NCBI GenBank assembly: GCA_964490735.1
Contig: CAZBDS010000001.1
Location: 12,576 to 46,964 of the forward strand
From: an uncultured Acutalibacter sp.
GTDB lineage: Bacteria > Bacillota > Clostridia > Oscillospirales > Acutalibacteraceae
Reading direction: 5' to 3'
DNA length: 34,389 nucleotides
A program made the translations under genes and the position numbers. This document shows, in pieces, positions 1-15,000 of this stretch (the first letter of the stretch is position 1; every line of letters starts with the position of its first letter). The notes under the pieces are model-generated. The model searched no databases. It was given only the letters and a program-made list of their open reading frames with translations, and was not told where the DNA came from.

Positions 1-3000
1 ACAAGGCCCTTCTGGGCATTGAGCATCACTGCGCCGGAATCGGGGCTGACAGACCACACGGCTTCCGCAGGAGCGTTCATCTCCTTGCCGTACTGGTCGT
101 AATATTTGGCGTTCAGGTACACGCCGTCCGCAGCGGCCTCGGCGGGCAGCAGGTAAACGACGTCCTCCCCTTCGGCGGCGGGATCCTCTTTCTCGGTCAG
201 GGCGATCTCGATCCTTCTGAGGACACGGGCCTCCTTGGTCAGGGTGAAGGATTCCTCCGCGGAAGCGGTCTCTGTCTTGTTCTTGGCCTTGACGCCCACC
301 TTTCCGGCAGGGGCGTCGGACTGAATGGCGATATCGCCGGTGTTGGCATTGATGGACACGCCGTCGGCCATGGTGGTCAGCTCATAGCGGAACTCCACAG
401 GCTTTTCTCCGGCGGCCGTGTCGGGCGTCCAGGGACGTCCGTACTGGTCCAGAGCAGAGGCCTCGGCCTTGGCGGAAACGGTCCCGCTGAAGGGCACGGG
501 CAGGGTTTTGCCGTTGATGACCGTGGAAACTCCCTCCAGCTCGGAAGTGAGCTTCAGGTCCACCTTGCTGAACACGGCGGCCCCGCCGTTCTCCAGCACA
601 GCGGTATCGGTGAACACTTTGTTCTGGCCCTTTTTGTCCCCGTCCTCATACTGCTGGCTGGGGTCGGTGACCTCCACGGTGACCTCTACCCGGTTGGCGC
701 CGCCCACCGTCAGGATCCCGGTAGACTCACCCACCGCGGGACGGGCGCTGTCGGGAGACCACTTGGTGATGGGCAGCCACTTCACAACGGCCCCCTCGGG
801 AGCCTCCATGGCCTCGCCCTTCTGGTTGCGGAACTCCAGCTCCAGGGTCATGGAACCCCGGGTGTCGTCCACAGGCGGCATCTCGGTGCTGAGGATCTTG
901 ACGCTGGTGAGAACGTCTTCCTTGGTGGGAGGCACTTCCTCGCGGTCCAGCTTCAGCATGAAATAGCCCACCAAACCGGTTTCCTTGCCAAGGGCTTTCA
1001 CCTTGACCTGGCCGGCCTGGGCACTGGGATACACGGAGACCACGCCGCTGGCGTTGACGGTCACGCTGCCGTCGCTCAGGTCTTCGATGCTCCAATAGTA
1101 TTCCTCGCTGCAGAACTTGATATTGAACTGGTCGTAGGTGGTGGCCTTCATGGGCACCAGCCAGCTGCCTTCCATCGGGATCTTGACGGCGTTCTCGCCG
1201 TTGTCCTGACGGAGGACCTCCACATGGTGCGCCTCGGACTCCTCGTTGCTGGGCGTAAAGACCTGAGAAGCCTGGGGCAGGGTTCTGGTCTCGGGCTTCC
1301 CGTTCTCGCCCTGTACATCATAGCTCACGTCCACGGTAACGGTGACGGGATCCTCGGAGCCGTTAAAGCTGAACAGGCCGCTGTTGTCCACATGGCCCGC
1401 GGGCACGGAGCCCCAGATCTTTTTGGCTCCGGCGGGCTCGGAGATAAGCTGGCCGTACTGATCCTTATAGCGCAGGGTCAGCTGGCCGCCGCCGGCGCTC
1501 TTGGGGAAGCCGGTCTCCACGATTTCCACCGAGGCGGCGTAGGACTTTTCGTAAACGGTTTCCGCCACCAGCTTGCCGGTAACGGTGCGCTCCGCCTTCA
1601 CCTGGCCCTCCTCGTCCAGATCCTGGGTGTTCACCTGGGCCGTGATGGTCACATAGGTGCCCTCCACCGCGTTCCGGGGAACGGAAAGGGTGGTGGTGGC
1701 CTTGTGGGCCCCGTCGGGGTCGATGCTGAGGCCGGTGATATAGTTGCTGCGGGCGGACCAGGTCACGTCGCCCAGGTCGGGCCAGGGCCGCTTGTACTGG
1801 TCGTAGCCGTACACGGTGTATTCCTTAGTGGTGACTTTGTCCTTGTCCTCGATCAGAATGCCCCGATCGCCCCAGACCTCGATCTGCTCGGCGCCCACGA
1901 TCTTCAGCTGATCCAGCTTCTTGATCTCGCCCAGGGTTACGCGCTGCACCGGGGACAGCACGCCGTCCACCTCCACCGTAACGTCCACATAGGACGCGGT
2001 GGTCATGGTCAGCTTGCCTTCCCGATCCAGGACCGCGCCGGTATTGCCGGGCTCTGAGGTGCCCACCAGCGTCCAGACAGGATCGTTCTTCTCGTGATAG
2101 TTGAAGGCGGTGCCGTACTGGTCCAAAGTTTCATAGCGCAGCTGGAACTCCGGCTCGGGGGGCACGATCTCGTCGGTGATCCGCACCGCTTTCAGCTGGG
2201 AAGCATACCGGCTGAGATGGATCTCGTCGGAATCGGACATACCGGTGCTGTTTTCAATAACGGTGACCGTCACGGTCACGTTGTCGGGCGCCTCACTGGA
2301 AATGAGGACCACGCCGTGGTTGTTCAGCGTTACGCCGGGAACGTTGGCGGGATTCATCTGCCAGGTCAGGTCGCGGACGATCTCCTCATCGTACTGGTTT
2401 ACCACCACCGCGGTGTAGGCCACGCTGGTGTACTGGAGCTCCCCGTTGGAGGGCGGCGGCACCATGGTAGGATCGCTGCCGCGGTCCCGGGTGAGGAAAA
2501 TGTCATAGGGCTTTTCATCGGTGCCGAAGCGGATCAGATGGTCCTCGTCGGCGGCGACGATGCCGTCCTTATTGTAGCGCACTGTGATCTTGGTCTGGTC
2601 TTCCAGGCCGTTCAGAGTGAGCAGGCCGCGCCGGGGATCCTCGATGGTGACGGAGCCCGCCGGGGTAGTGGCCGCCTCGTTCACGGTCCAAGTGTAGCCG
2701 CTTTCATCGGCGGGCGTGCCCATGGGATCGCCGTACTGGTCCAGCCAGCGCACCGTAAGCTCGGTGGTGCCCACGATCTTGCGCAGGTAATCCTCTCGGA
2801 TCTCCAGGTCGGTCAGCTCGCTTCTCAAGTGGTGAATGGACAGGTAGACAAAGCCGGAAATGGTGTTCGTCACACCGTCCACGGTCACGGGCAGCTCGGC
2901 GATGACCCGGATATGGTCCTTTTTGGGCGCGCCGGCGGTAACCACTATGCCGTTGCCGGCCTCGTGGTTGTAGTTCGTCAATTCCACAAAAGAGATGGAA

Positions 3001-6000
3001 TCGGCCAGTTTCCAGTTGAACTGTCCGTTGTGGGACTGCGCCAGGCTGATGGGATTGCCTTCGGAATCCTTGGTACTGGTGCGGTCGTACTGGTCGTACA
3101 CCACCAGGCTGACAGGAATGGTGGTGTTGTCGCCGCCGGCCTTGGGCACGTCCACGAACAGGCCGTCCGTTGTATAGGTGACGGCTTTCTTACCCGTGGA
3201 ATCTGCCGGGAAGCCGCTGAGGTCGGGAACGAGCTCGATACGGCTGGCCACGGCCTTTCCGCCAAAGCGGACGATGGCCGGGGCGGAATAGATGATCTCG
3301 CCGTTGTGAGACACGCGGACGCGGACCTCGACAGTATCCTCTTCCTTCACAATATCCGCCTGGTTCCAGTTCATCACGCCGGTGGGGCTGACGCTTACGA
3401 TGGCGTTCAGCTGCTCTTCGGTCATGCTGTCCGGATCCAGCCCTTCCTTGTGGAGATTCCGGTTCAGCAGGCTCCACTCCACGTCCCACACGCCCGTGGA
3501 GGTATCCATGGGCTGGCCGTGGTTATCCAGGGCAGACCACTGCAGTTCAAAGCGGGACTCGTCATAGGGCACAGACTTTGTATCCACCCGGGCGCTGGTA
3601 AAGGAGCCCTCGCCATGACGGGTGAAGAAGTAGGCGGAACCGGAAATGATGCCGGTGCTGTCGCCGGCCCGGACCGTGACCATGGTATCCCTGGGCGCCG
3701 AGCTGGTAACGGTGACCAGGCCGCCTTGAGAAACAGACACGCCCAAAACGGGGGTATCCAGCTCCCAGATGAAGCTGGCGTTCATTTCCTGGCCGTACTG
3801 ATCCAGCGCCGTGGCCACAAACTGCACCTCGGCGCGCTGTTCCGCACCGTTCAGGTAAGAAGGAACCTGCAGGTCAAAGCCGTCGGGCTCGCCAGTGATG
3901 GGCTTTACCTCAATGCTGGTAAGACGCTGGGTCCAGCCCACCTCAAACAGTTTGCTGTCTGTAACACCGGAACCCGCGTCGGCGGTAACGGTAAATTGAT
4001 CGCCGGTAATGGCATTGTTCAGCGTCAGTTTGCCGTCGGCCATGGTAACGCCCTGGGGGACCGTCCCCGTCAGGCCCCACTGGACATGGCCCGCAAATGC
4101 CATTTCTTTATCATACTGGTCGTAGAACTTGGCCTGCAGAGGAATATCCTTGGCGTTGGAGGCCACCTTGGAGACCTCGCCGTTTTCCTCTACCGGCTGA
4201 ATCGTCATTCTGGTAAGGACCGAGGTCTCTCTGGAAATGAGGACCTGCTTGGGCTTGGTGGTCAGGGCTTCGCTCTGCCCCGCAGGGGTATAGCTGGCGG
4301 TCAGGGCGGCCTGCAGAGGAAGACCGGCCAGCTCGGCGGCCTTTTCCGTCACGGTCAGCACGCCGCCGGCAAAGCCCACGCCGGTACCCGCCGGGTCTGC
4401 GGGCAGATCCAGCTTGTCCTTGTTCTGAGCCTGGAAAATCACGCCGGAGCTTTCGGTTAGGGGCGCTTCTTCACCGCTCAGCTTATAGGCTTTTACGGTA
4501 TAGGTCTGGACGTTGTCTGCGCCGCCGGGCACGGGAGCGTACACGAAATCCGCGCCGCTGAGCGTCAGGTACGCCACGGTATCCTTGTCCTGGGCAGAAC
4601 GCTCCAGCCGCTTGGCGGGAGAGGTTACGCCCTCGGCCGTAACGGACACCAGGGCCGAGTCGCCCTCTGCCACATAGAGCTTGTTGCCCGTAAGGGTAGT
4701 GCCCTCGCCGCCTTCCAGCAGGCTCCACACGGGAACGCCCTGGAAGTCCATCACTTCGCCATACTGGTTCCGGTATTCCGCCAGAAGCAGGGCGTTACCG
4801 TCGTTGGGCACGCTTTCATTCAAAATGGAGATGCTGGCAAGCCGGCTGTCCGACCTGCGCAGGGTCAGGTACGCCGTACCCATCACGCCGCTGACGGAGT
4901 CTGCGGCCACGATCTCGATGGTGCCGGCCTGGGCGGTGCTGTCCACAATGACCACGCCGCCGTTGCTGATGGTAACGCCGATGGGAGAATTGCTGACCGT
5001 CCAGAAAATGCTGCCGGTCATCTCCTTGTGGTACTGGTCGAACACGCGGGCCTGGTAAATGGCAAAGGCGTTTTCTCCCAGGTCGGGAATGATGACGTCG
5101 CCGCCGGCGCCCTTCCGGGTAACCTCCAGCGAGCTGGCAACCCGCTTGCCGCCGCCCACGGGCAGGACGATGGGGCCGGAATCCACGGTGGTGCTCACAT
5201 CGGGATTGGCAGACAGGCTGACAGTCATCTCCTCCACGTCGTCCCGCTCGGCGGTATACACGCCCAGCTTATCCGCATCGACGCTGACGCTGTTTTCGGG
5301 CTTGCTGCCGTCGGCGTCCCAAAGCACGCGGCCGGAGTATTCCATTTCTTTTCCGTACTGGTTGTAGAATTCGGGCGTAAGGGTAAAGGTCTCGTCCTTC
5401 TTCAGGCTGGGCACACCGGTTTCCTGCACGCCCAAAGCGGACAGCCTGCTGTCTTCATAGACCAGGTCCACAATGGTGCTGCCGGAGACCTCGTCGGCCT
5501 CGGAGGTGGCGACTACCTTTACGTTGCGCGTGGCCTCCGCGCCGGGATCCACAATCAGCTTGCCGACCCGGGAGATCCTGGCGCCTTCGGGGGCGCCTTC
5601 CAGAGACCATTTGAACTCGGCGGAGTAGACCTTGCCATACTGGTCGTAGCCCACCGCCTGATAACCGGCAGTTACCTTGTTCTCGCTGTCGATGGGGTTG
5701 ATGGTGACATACCGGTCCCCGGTGACCTCGATGCGCTGAAGCCGGCTTCTGCCGCCTACCGTCAGGATCTTCGAGGTGTTCTTGTCGCCTAGGGACAGCT
5801 TGACCGTAACGGCCTTGGAATCCGTGTCGGGCGTAACGTTGCCTTCCTCGTCGATCCGGCCGCCCTCGATCTCATCGGGATGCCAGTCGGGCTTTTCCGT
5901 ATAGCCCATGGGCTCATCGTACTGATCCAGCATTTCTGCGGTCAGCTTGGTGGTGACGCCGGGCTCGATAGTATCTTCCTTAATGTTGGCGCGGGTCGCT

Positions 6001-9000
6001 CTGGGCACGCCGTGGACCAGGTCGATCAGATACTCGCCTTCCACGCCGGAAAGCTTATCCACAGCCGCCACCCGCACGGACTGGTGCTCGGGGGCGTTGC
6101 TGCTCACGGTGACCAGGCCGTTCTGGGCAATGGTGATCCCTTCGGGGGCGTTTTCCAGGTACCAGCCGAAGTCGCCGACGGTCTCGGCGCCGTACTGGTC
6201 ATAGGCCTGGGCAGTAAACAGGAAGGTGTTGCTCTGGACCTCCCCGCCCACAAACGCGGGCACCGTGACCGCCGGACCGCCGTAGTCCTTGGTGACCTTG
6301 ACAGTTTTGGTGGCGGAGGTTCCGCTGATGACGATCCCCTTGGTGCGGGAGGTCTTGCCCTCGGCGGAAACACGGACGGAGATGATCTTCACCCCGTCGA
6401 TGAGCTCCAGGGCGCCGTTGTCGTAAATGTTGATGTTTTCACTGCCGGGCAGGTTGCTGGGCTCCACGCCCATGATGTACCACTGGCTGTCGCCGGTGTA
6501 ATCGATCTCGGTGCCGTACTGGTCGCGGTAAATGGCGTGCAGCATGGTCCATGTGGTCCCGTAGGGGAGGGAATCCTCCTGGACCTCGATGGTGGTGAGC
6601 ACGCTGGCGCTGCGGTCCAGGGCCAGAACGGCTCTGCCGCTTACGGAACCGGAGGCGGCAACCACCTGCACATTGGCCTGGGTGGCGCCGGGAAGGACAG
6701 TGAGCAGGCCGGTGTCCGGGTTGACGCCCACGTTGCTGGGCGCGCCGCGCAGACTCCAGCGGAATTCCAAGTCCTTCATCTCACGGAGATATTGGTCCAC
6801 GCCCACAGCCTGATACTGGGCCGTGGCGTTGCCGCTGCTGGGAATATACAGGGTGCCGTAGCCGCCGTCGGTGCGCTTTACCTTCACCTCACGCAGCTCG
6901 GGCTCGTCGCCGCTGAGGGCGATCTCCTTTTCAGGCGTAGTTTTGGGCGCGGTGCCGTTGCCCACCGTCACGTCCGCTTTCACGGTTACCGTGTCCAGGG
7001 TAGAATCGTAACGGAGCCGGCCGGCGGACTCGTCCTCAAAATAGGTGTTCCCGTTGGGGGAGGGATCCACCAGGGTCCACCGGACCCGGTCGTACCCCAG
7101 CATCTCCTGGCCGTACTGGTCGAGAGCCACGGCGGTAAGGGTGAAGGGAGACCCGTCCCTGGGAATGTAATCGTTTTTCACCTTGGCGCTGGTGAAAACG
7201 GGAGACTGGCGCTTCACCACCAGAACGGCGGTGCCGGCCTTGCCGGAATTCATTTCGCGGGCCACCACGCGGACCTCTTCGGACAGGGCCTCGGAAGACA
7301 CGCTTACCGTGCCCCTGCCGCCAGTCTCCTCAATGGTCATGCCGCCGGAGGAATTCTCCAGCTCCCACTCGATGTCGATGGCGTCGCCGGTCATTTCATC
7401 TCCGTACTGGTTGTAGACCCGGGCGGTAAAGGACGCCTGGTTTTTCACGCCCTTTTTGCCGTCCTCCAGGTCGGGGACCATCACCGCGCCGGAACCGACG
7501 CGGGTGACTTCCACCCTGGCCACATGCTCCTCGCCGTTCCGGCTGAGGGGCGTGGGATCAGTGGAAATACCGCGGGACGTGGCCCGGATCACCACCATCT
7601 GGGTGCTGGGATCCAGCACCAGGTGGCCGGGATAGGCATTTTTGTTGGCAAAATCGGTATAGTAACCATCTCGCTGGATCAGCTCCCAGGAAACGGAACC
7701 CTGCTGGGGCATCTCGTCGCCGTACTGATCCAGCCACAAGACCTCCATATCCATGAACAGCTTGTTCTGGGGCAGGGAGGCCTGCTTGATCTTCAGGGAG
7801 GTATAGACGGAAGGCTCCCGGATAATATCCACGACAGCGCTGCCGTAAATGCCGCTTTCGCTGTCGCTGGCATACACGGTCACGGTCATCTCCGGCGCGC
7901 CGCCAGCCACGGTGAGCATACCGGTCTGGGACACGGTAATGCCGTCCACGCGGTCGCTGAGAGACCAGACGATGTGGGCGTCCTCGATCTTCACGCCATA
8001 CTGGTCGTAGGCGGTGGCGATAAAGAACTTCTGGGCAGGAGAATCGCTGTTGGCCACCTCGGGCACCTCCAGGCCGCCGTCGGTGGTAGAGGTGACGACG
8101 ATCTTTTCCAGGCGCCGGTCGGTGCGCAGCGTGATCTCCTTGGAATCGGTGAGCGGATCGGTATCCCCTGCGTATCTTGCCACAGAGACGCTTACGTTCA
8201 CCGTGCTGCTGCCGTTAAAGGTCAGCACGGCGGTGCCGTCGGGATTGGCTTCCAGCGCTGCCGGAGCCGCCACGGGGGCCCAGGTGACCACCGCGGAAGA
8301 GGGCTGGCTCATCTCCTCGCCGAACTGATTCCTGTACCGCAGGGTAAGGGTGCCCTTCGAGGTGCCGGCCGGGAAGCCGTTCTCCACAATCTCCACACTG
8401 GAGAGCACGGAGGAGATCCGCAGAATGGTAAAGGTGCCATAGCCGATGGCGTCCGTATCCACCCCATTCTTCTGGCAGGTGGCAATAACGCGCACGTTGG
8501 GCACGGCTTTCGCCTGGCTGCCCACGGAGACCACGCCCGTCTTGGGGTCGATGGTCACATGCTCGGGAGCGTTCTGCAGCGCCCAGCGGACAGTGATCTC
8601 CGTTCCATCGCTGTCCCAGAGCCTGCCGTCCTCGTCGGGCTCGTATTTCATGCTGAACTGATCGTAAACACTGGCCTTAAAGGCGATCTGCTTCGGGTCG
8701 GTATCCACGCCGTTGACCACCACGGGCACCACGCCGGAGCTGAGCTCCACTTCCACACTGGTGGGCACGGTGGCGTCCCGGGAAATGGGGATCTTCACAT
8801 TGCCAGAACTGATCTGGGCCGCCGTAACTTCCACAGTGACGCTGACAGCGCTCTCGTTCACATGGATCAGGCCGGGGGTATTGTTGATGTTGATCACCGC
8901 GGCGCCCGTTGCCGGGTCGGTGCTGGGCATGGTCCACGCCTCGGAACCGCGGGGGAAAGTTTCCCGGCCGTACTGGTCGTAATAGATGGCGGCCAGCTGG

Positions 9001-12000
9001 GTGTCGCCGGCGGGCAGCAGCTTCTTCTGGCGGATCCCCAGAGAAGTGAATCGGGGGCCGTCCTTGGTCAGCATAAGTTCGATGATACCGAAAATACCGG
9101 TGGTCTCGTCCACTGCGGACACAACGACCTTGCCTTCTTCCGCCGCGCTGGTAACCGTCAGCACGCCGTACTCGTTGATGGACACGCCCTTAGAGGAAGC
9201 GCCGGACACCAGCCATTTCACGTTGGTGAGAGGCTGGCCGTTATTGAGCGCGCCGTTGTGCTGATCCACGCCGTAGGCGTCGAAGCACAGGGAGCGGGAC
9301 TGATTCTCAGCTACCATGGCGCTGTTGACCTTCTGCTCGGGAATGGCCACGGGGCCGCTGCCTGCGGCGCGCTTGACCACGATCTTCTGCAGCCGGGCCG
9401 GATCGCCGTCCACCCTGATCGTCGCAGTGGTGGTAATGGTGCGCTGGGTCTTCCAGGTGGCCCGCACCTCCACGGAGCTTGCCCCTTCAAAGAAGAGGTG
9501 GCCGTCCTCGCCGTAGCTGAAGAACGCCGGAGTATTGTTGCTTATAACCTCCCACTCGATCTCGCCGGGCTCTGTGTGGATCTCCCCGTTCTGGACATCG
9601 TAGACCACGGCCTCCAGCCAGGCGTCCTTGGTGCCTACGGGGTGACGTTTGTTGTAGACCTCAATTCGGTTGGCCTCAAAGCCAGTCCCGTTCCGGGTGA
9701 TGTCAATAAAGGTCTTGCCCAGAACGCCGGTCTTGTAATCCTTGGCTATGATGGCCACCTGCTTAGTGGCGGCGGCGTAAATGGGTACCGTCAGCACGCC
9801 CTGCTTGCCCAGCGTCTCGGAAGAGGTTTCGGCGATGCTGACGCTTTCGGGCGCACAGGCCAGGCTCCAGACCACGTCTTTTACATAGCTGGCGCTCATT
9901 TGTTTCCCGTACTGGTCGTAAGGTACCGCTTTATAGGTGATGGGAGAGGAGCCCGCCTGGATCTGAGTCCTGGAAGCGGACATGCCCACGGGTTCTACCT
10001 TGATGCTGGTCAGCTGCCGGTCGCCCGCGTAATACAGCCACTTCCGGCAGGGCTGGAAGCCCTTCACGCTCAGCTGGACCAGAACGCTCCTGGTCTTGGA
10101 GGTGTAAAGCAGGTTGTTGGGATTGCCCGTGGCACTGGAATCGAAGGACGCCCGGCTGTTGCCGGAAGCCTCGCCGTACATGTCGGTCCAGTCCAGCACT
10201 TCCCAGGTGACCTCATCGCTGCCGGGCATGTATTCCATCTCGTTGCCGAACTGATCGTAAAAGACCATTTCCAGGGCCAGCGATCCGCCAAGGGTCTCGT
10301 CCTCGATGGGCGGCAGGAAATCCTGCAAAATCCCCGTGGAGGTAAGAGTGCTCTCTTCCTGCTCGGACAGAATGCTGAAACTGGTGGTATTTGCCACGCC
10401 GCTGCCGCGGTGAATAGCGGTAAGGATCACGCCGTCCTCAGGCTTTGCCACGCTGCTGACGGAGACCACGCCCGTTTCCCGGTCCACCGAAATTCCGGCG
10501 GCGGTGGTGCTGAGGCTCCAGTTGAACTGGGCGTTTTCGATCTCCTTCTCGTACTGGTCATACACCTTGGCGGCATACTCTACCACAGCGTCGCTGCTGC
10601 CGCTTCTGGGCACATAGATGGGGACATCACCATTGATCTTGGTGATCTCCACCCGATTGGCCCTGGGCGCGTCGCGGCTGATCGTGATGGTGACGGACAG
10701 GGGATCCAGCGCCGCGATCTGGCTGTTGTAGGGCTCGGCGGCCGTGCCGGCCAGAGGCGTAAGCAGCAGGTCCAGGCTGGTGGTGGTGTCGCCCAGCAGC
10801 AGGACGCCGTCGCTTTCGGAGATCATTCTGGCCTTTTCGGTGCCGGCTTCTTCCCCTCTGGCAGCCAGCAGCTGCCAGGTAGCGGAAGCGTTTTCAATCT
10901 CCAAGGCGTCTCCGTACTGGTCGTAGTATTCATATTCCAGTTTGATGGGCTTTGCGGTGGCCGCAATGGTGGAGGAGGTCTTCATGCGGATCCCCACCAC
11001 CCGGGAGTCTTCCCGTTCCACGGTAGCCACGGTAGTGGCCGTAACTTCCCTGGCGCCCGTGGGATTTACCGTTGCCTTTACGGTAATGGGCCCCTTGGGC
11101 GTCAGCGTGTTGACCTGCAGCCGCCCGGAGGGGTCGTCCGCCGGATTGGACGTACCCGCAATGGTGACGCCGGCCGGGGCGTCCACCACGCTCCAGGTGA
11201 TGGCGTTTTTCCCGATGAAGTGGCCCTCTGAGCCTTCCTGGCCGTCCTTTGTGCCGTCGTAGGGATCCAGGAAATCTCTGCCGTACTGGTCACGGGCAGA
11301 GGGCTTGATCTCAAAGTAGTAGTTCTGCACCCTGCCCTGGCTGTCGAACTTGGCCACCCAGGTGGCGGGGTCCAGCGTCAGGGACAGCTTGTCCACATAG
11401 GGATCCTCGCTGCCGATCCGGATCCGGTGATTTTTGCAGGACACCAGGCCGGCAGAGACGTTCACCGTGAAATTGTTGGTGTCTTCCGTATAGGTAGTGC
11501 GTCCCATGGGGGACACGGTCACGGTTCCGCCTTCGTTGGCAACCTTTTCCCAGACCGGCGTTTCCGTAAGCTGCATCTGCTTGCCGTACTGGTTCCAGAA
11601 ATCGGCGCGCAGCTGCACACCGTTTCCGCCGCCGTCCTTATAGTACAGCAGGTTCTGCTGCACGGTCAGCCTCGTCAGGCGGTCAGCCTCGTACACCACT
11701 GAGAAGTTGGCGGAATCGGTGGAATCGATTCCGTCCACCGGGGCGGTGGCGGAAATTTTCACGTCGCTTCTGGGGTTGGTGACAGAATTGATGCGCACTG
11801 CGCCGTTCTGGGTATAGGTGAGGCCCGTGGGGGCGTTCTCCACGTTCCAGACCACGTTCTCCAACGGCGTTTCCATCTCCTGGTCAAACTGGTCGATCCC
11901 CACGGCGCGAAACAGGGCCACGCGCTCCATGTTCTCGCCGTCCTGCTGGGGAGGAATATACAGATTTGTATTGCCGAACACATTCTGCACTTCGATGTGG

Positions 12001-15000
12001 TGGAGCTTGGGCTCGGCGCTGCTGATCTCCAGCTCTCCTTCGCCGGACTTTGTCACGCCTCTCCGGGTGACCGCGGCGGTCACTTTAATCTTTGTCCCCT
12101 CGGGAACATCGGAGGGCACGGTAATCCTGCCGGTACCCTTTTCCAGCGTGATGCCATGATCCGGGTTCTGGAGGCTCCACTCGATCTTCTCATAGCCCTC
12201 CAGCTCCCTGCCGAAGATGTTGAAAAGCTTTACTTCCAGCTGGTAACTGTCGGCGCCGGGATACACCCGCTTGTTGACGACCTGCACTTCGTGCAGCTGG
12301 TTCGCCAGGCTGTAGTCATAAACCAAGCGCACGTCCTTCACGCCCACGATATCCGTAGCGCTGCCCCTGCGGAGATAGGTGGCCGTAAGCCGGATCACGC
12401 CCTCCTTGGCGCCGCCGCTGATTTTCAGAGTGGCCCGTCTGCCGTTATTCACCGGCGTAATGGAAACGGAATCTCCCATGCCGGGGGCGGAAAGGGTCCA
12501 GGACGCGCTGCTGGAACTGCTCAGGTCGCTGGTAATACCGAAGGGATCGCTCAGCTGCAAACTGTAATCGGTCTGTGTTCCTGTGGGCCGGATATAGAGA
12601 ACATCTTCGCCATTCACCTTCAAATAGGTGGCGGCGGAAGCCTCGACCGCATAGATATGCTTGGGTCTTGCCAGGGCAACGACCCGATCCGCTTCCCCGG
12701 TTTTTTCCACGGTGACCGCCAGGTTCACCCCGCAGAAAGTACCCTTATCTTCGGTCTTAGGGTAGAGATAAGGCGGGTTTCTGTCAAATTTGTTGCTTTC
12801 CCAGTTTCTGCCTTCGTTGCCGTAGGACCAGCGGGCGATCAGGTTTTCGTTGCCCTGGTTCACGTACCGGTTTCCATACTGGTCGTAGTACAGCGCAGTC
12901 AGATTGGTAGAGGTGTTGATCTGCGCGGCGGTTTGGGCAATATCCACCCGGGCCAGCCTGGGCTCTCCGCCGCTCCAATAGGCCTCAAATCTTCCAATGC
13001 CGTAAATGCCGTTGTCACGGTCGATGGCAACCACCGTATACGTGTTTTCAATGGCATTGCTGGCAACGGTGACCAAGCCGTTTTTGTCAATGGTAACGCC
13101 ATCGGGATTGCCCACTACTTCCCACACCACATTGTCCGTACCGATGTCAATGTAGTTGGAGTCGCGCACTTCCGCGTCGAATTTGATGGTGCTGTAGTTG
13201 GGGGACCCGTCAGCGTTGGCTTCCAGAATGGGCACGCGGGTGTCGTCGTCGGTGGTCACGATAATCCGGGCCGCCGAACCGGGATCCGTTACCGGCAGGT
13301 TTTTGGTGCAAACGATGGGCTGGGTGCCCGCGGCGGCGCCCTGCATGGTGGCCTCGTAATACACGTCTACCGACTGCGCGCCCTCCCGGGTCAGCACCGA
13401 GTGGGTGGCTTCGAAGAACTCGGCGTAGGTATAGGACGTGCTGGGAGGCGTTACCCGGAAACAGGCCTGTTCTTTGCCGCTTTCGTCGGTATAGGTCTTG
13501 TCGGCGCCCTTCCAGACAACATTTACATTGTCCATCTCGTTGCCGTACTGATCGTAACACGCACTGACCAAGACGGTACTGCCGTTGCGCTTTACCGCCG
13601 TGTTCAAGATCTCTGCCCGCTTCAGCTGCGCGGGCTGCTTATTCAGGGTGATTTCCAACGTGCCTGTAGCCGCAGATTCCACGCTGCTCTGGACAGAAAT
13701 GGGCAGCTTTTGGCCGGCGGCCGCAGAGGAAACGGTTAAGACCGCCCGGTCTCCAATGCCCGCCGCGGGCTTCAGCGTTACGCCCTCCAGCATCTCAGCT
13801 TTGGGCAGGTCCCACTGGAGCGTTTCCGCCGCCAGTTCTTCCTCTTTCAGCGTGTAAGGATCTCCGTACTGGTCAAAGAACGAAACGTTGATGGTTTTGC
13901 GGAAACTCTGGGGATTTCCCTCGCTGTCCGCTTCCAGGACCTCATAGGTGGTCTCCTGGTCCTCGGTTTCCAGCTTCAGGCGGGACAGCTGCCGGGGATC
14001 GCCCTGCTTCAAAGTCTTCGTATCCTCATAGTGGATCCCGTCGGCGCCGTACCAGCCGGTGACCTTCACCCGGACCTCCTCCAGGCCCTCTCGGACCCAC
14101 AGGCCGCCGTTTTCGTCAATGTTGAAATCGGCAGCGGTCTGGCCGGACTGGTAAACGGGCTCCCAGGTCCAGTTCATCTCGTCGGGATTTTCTACGGTAA
14201 ACTCGTTGCCGTACTGGTTCTTGGTATAGGCTTCCAGAGGGTGGCGCTTGTCCGTGGTCAGGTTGGGCGGGTATTCCGCCGTCCGAATGGCAACGCCCCG
14301 CACCTGGGCTTCGCCGGCACGGATGTTCAGCGTGAGGGTCTCGTCATGAGTGACCACCTCTGTAGGGCTCTTCTGGTAGGTGGTTTCTACCCTCACGTCA
14401 AAGTACGGTAATGTGATACTGCTGGGGACCATAACCTCGTTGGTAAAGCCCGTGACGTTCGCGTACCGGAAGGTAGCGCCGCCCGCGTCCTTCAGGACCC
14501 AGCTGCAGCTGTAGCCGGTGGTATCCTCAATATCCTCCCCGTACTGGTCGTAGGGAACGGCTTTGAAATAGGTGGAGGCATACCGGTCGGTGGCGTCGCT
14601 CTGCTCCAGCAGGGAAATGACATTCTTATTATCTATCTTTTCGGAGGGGACCTTGCAGTCCCTGTCGTCGTACTGGTCCAGCCTTACGCCCGCAAAGGTG
14701 GAGCTGTCCTTTTGAATATCCGCCAGATACTCGCCGTGGCATTCGCCGGTGGCGCCGTGGGTAAAGGTGGCGACCACCTTCATTTTGCCGGGCTGGGCGT
14801 TTACGGCCTTCATGCCGCTGGCAAACTTCATCATTGTGGAGACCTGCTGGGACGCGGCGTTCCAGGCAACCTCCGCGGGAGACATTTCAAATACCTCGAT
14901 CTTCCCGTTGTCTACGTCCTGCCGGCCGAAAGTGAGCCGGCCTTCCTCCTGAATGGTGTTGCCGTACTGGTCCTTGACCACGGCGGTAAGGGCCAGGCCG

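Noticed and set aside
88-14972. Recurring DNA motif (gc)cgtactggtc as a CRISPR array, REP or binding-site array
   Set aside because: It is short, synonymously variable, always in the same codon frame and ~330 bp apart; it is explained by the DQYG protein motif.
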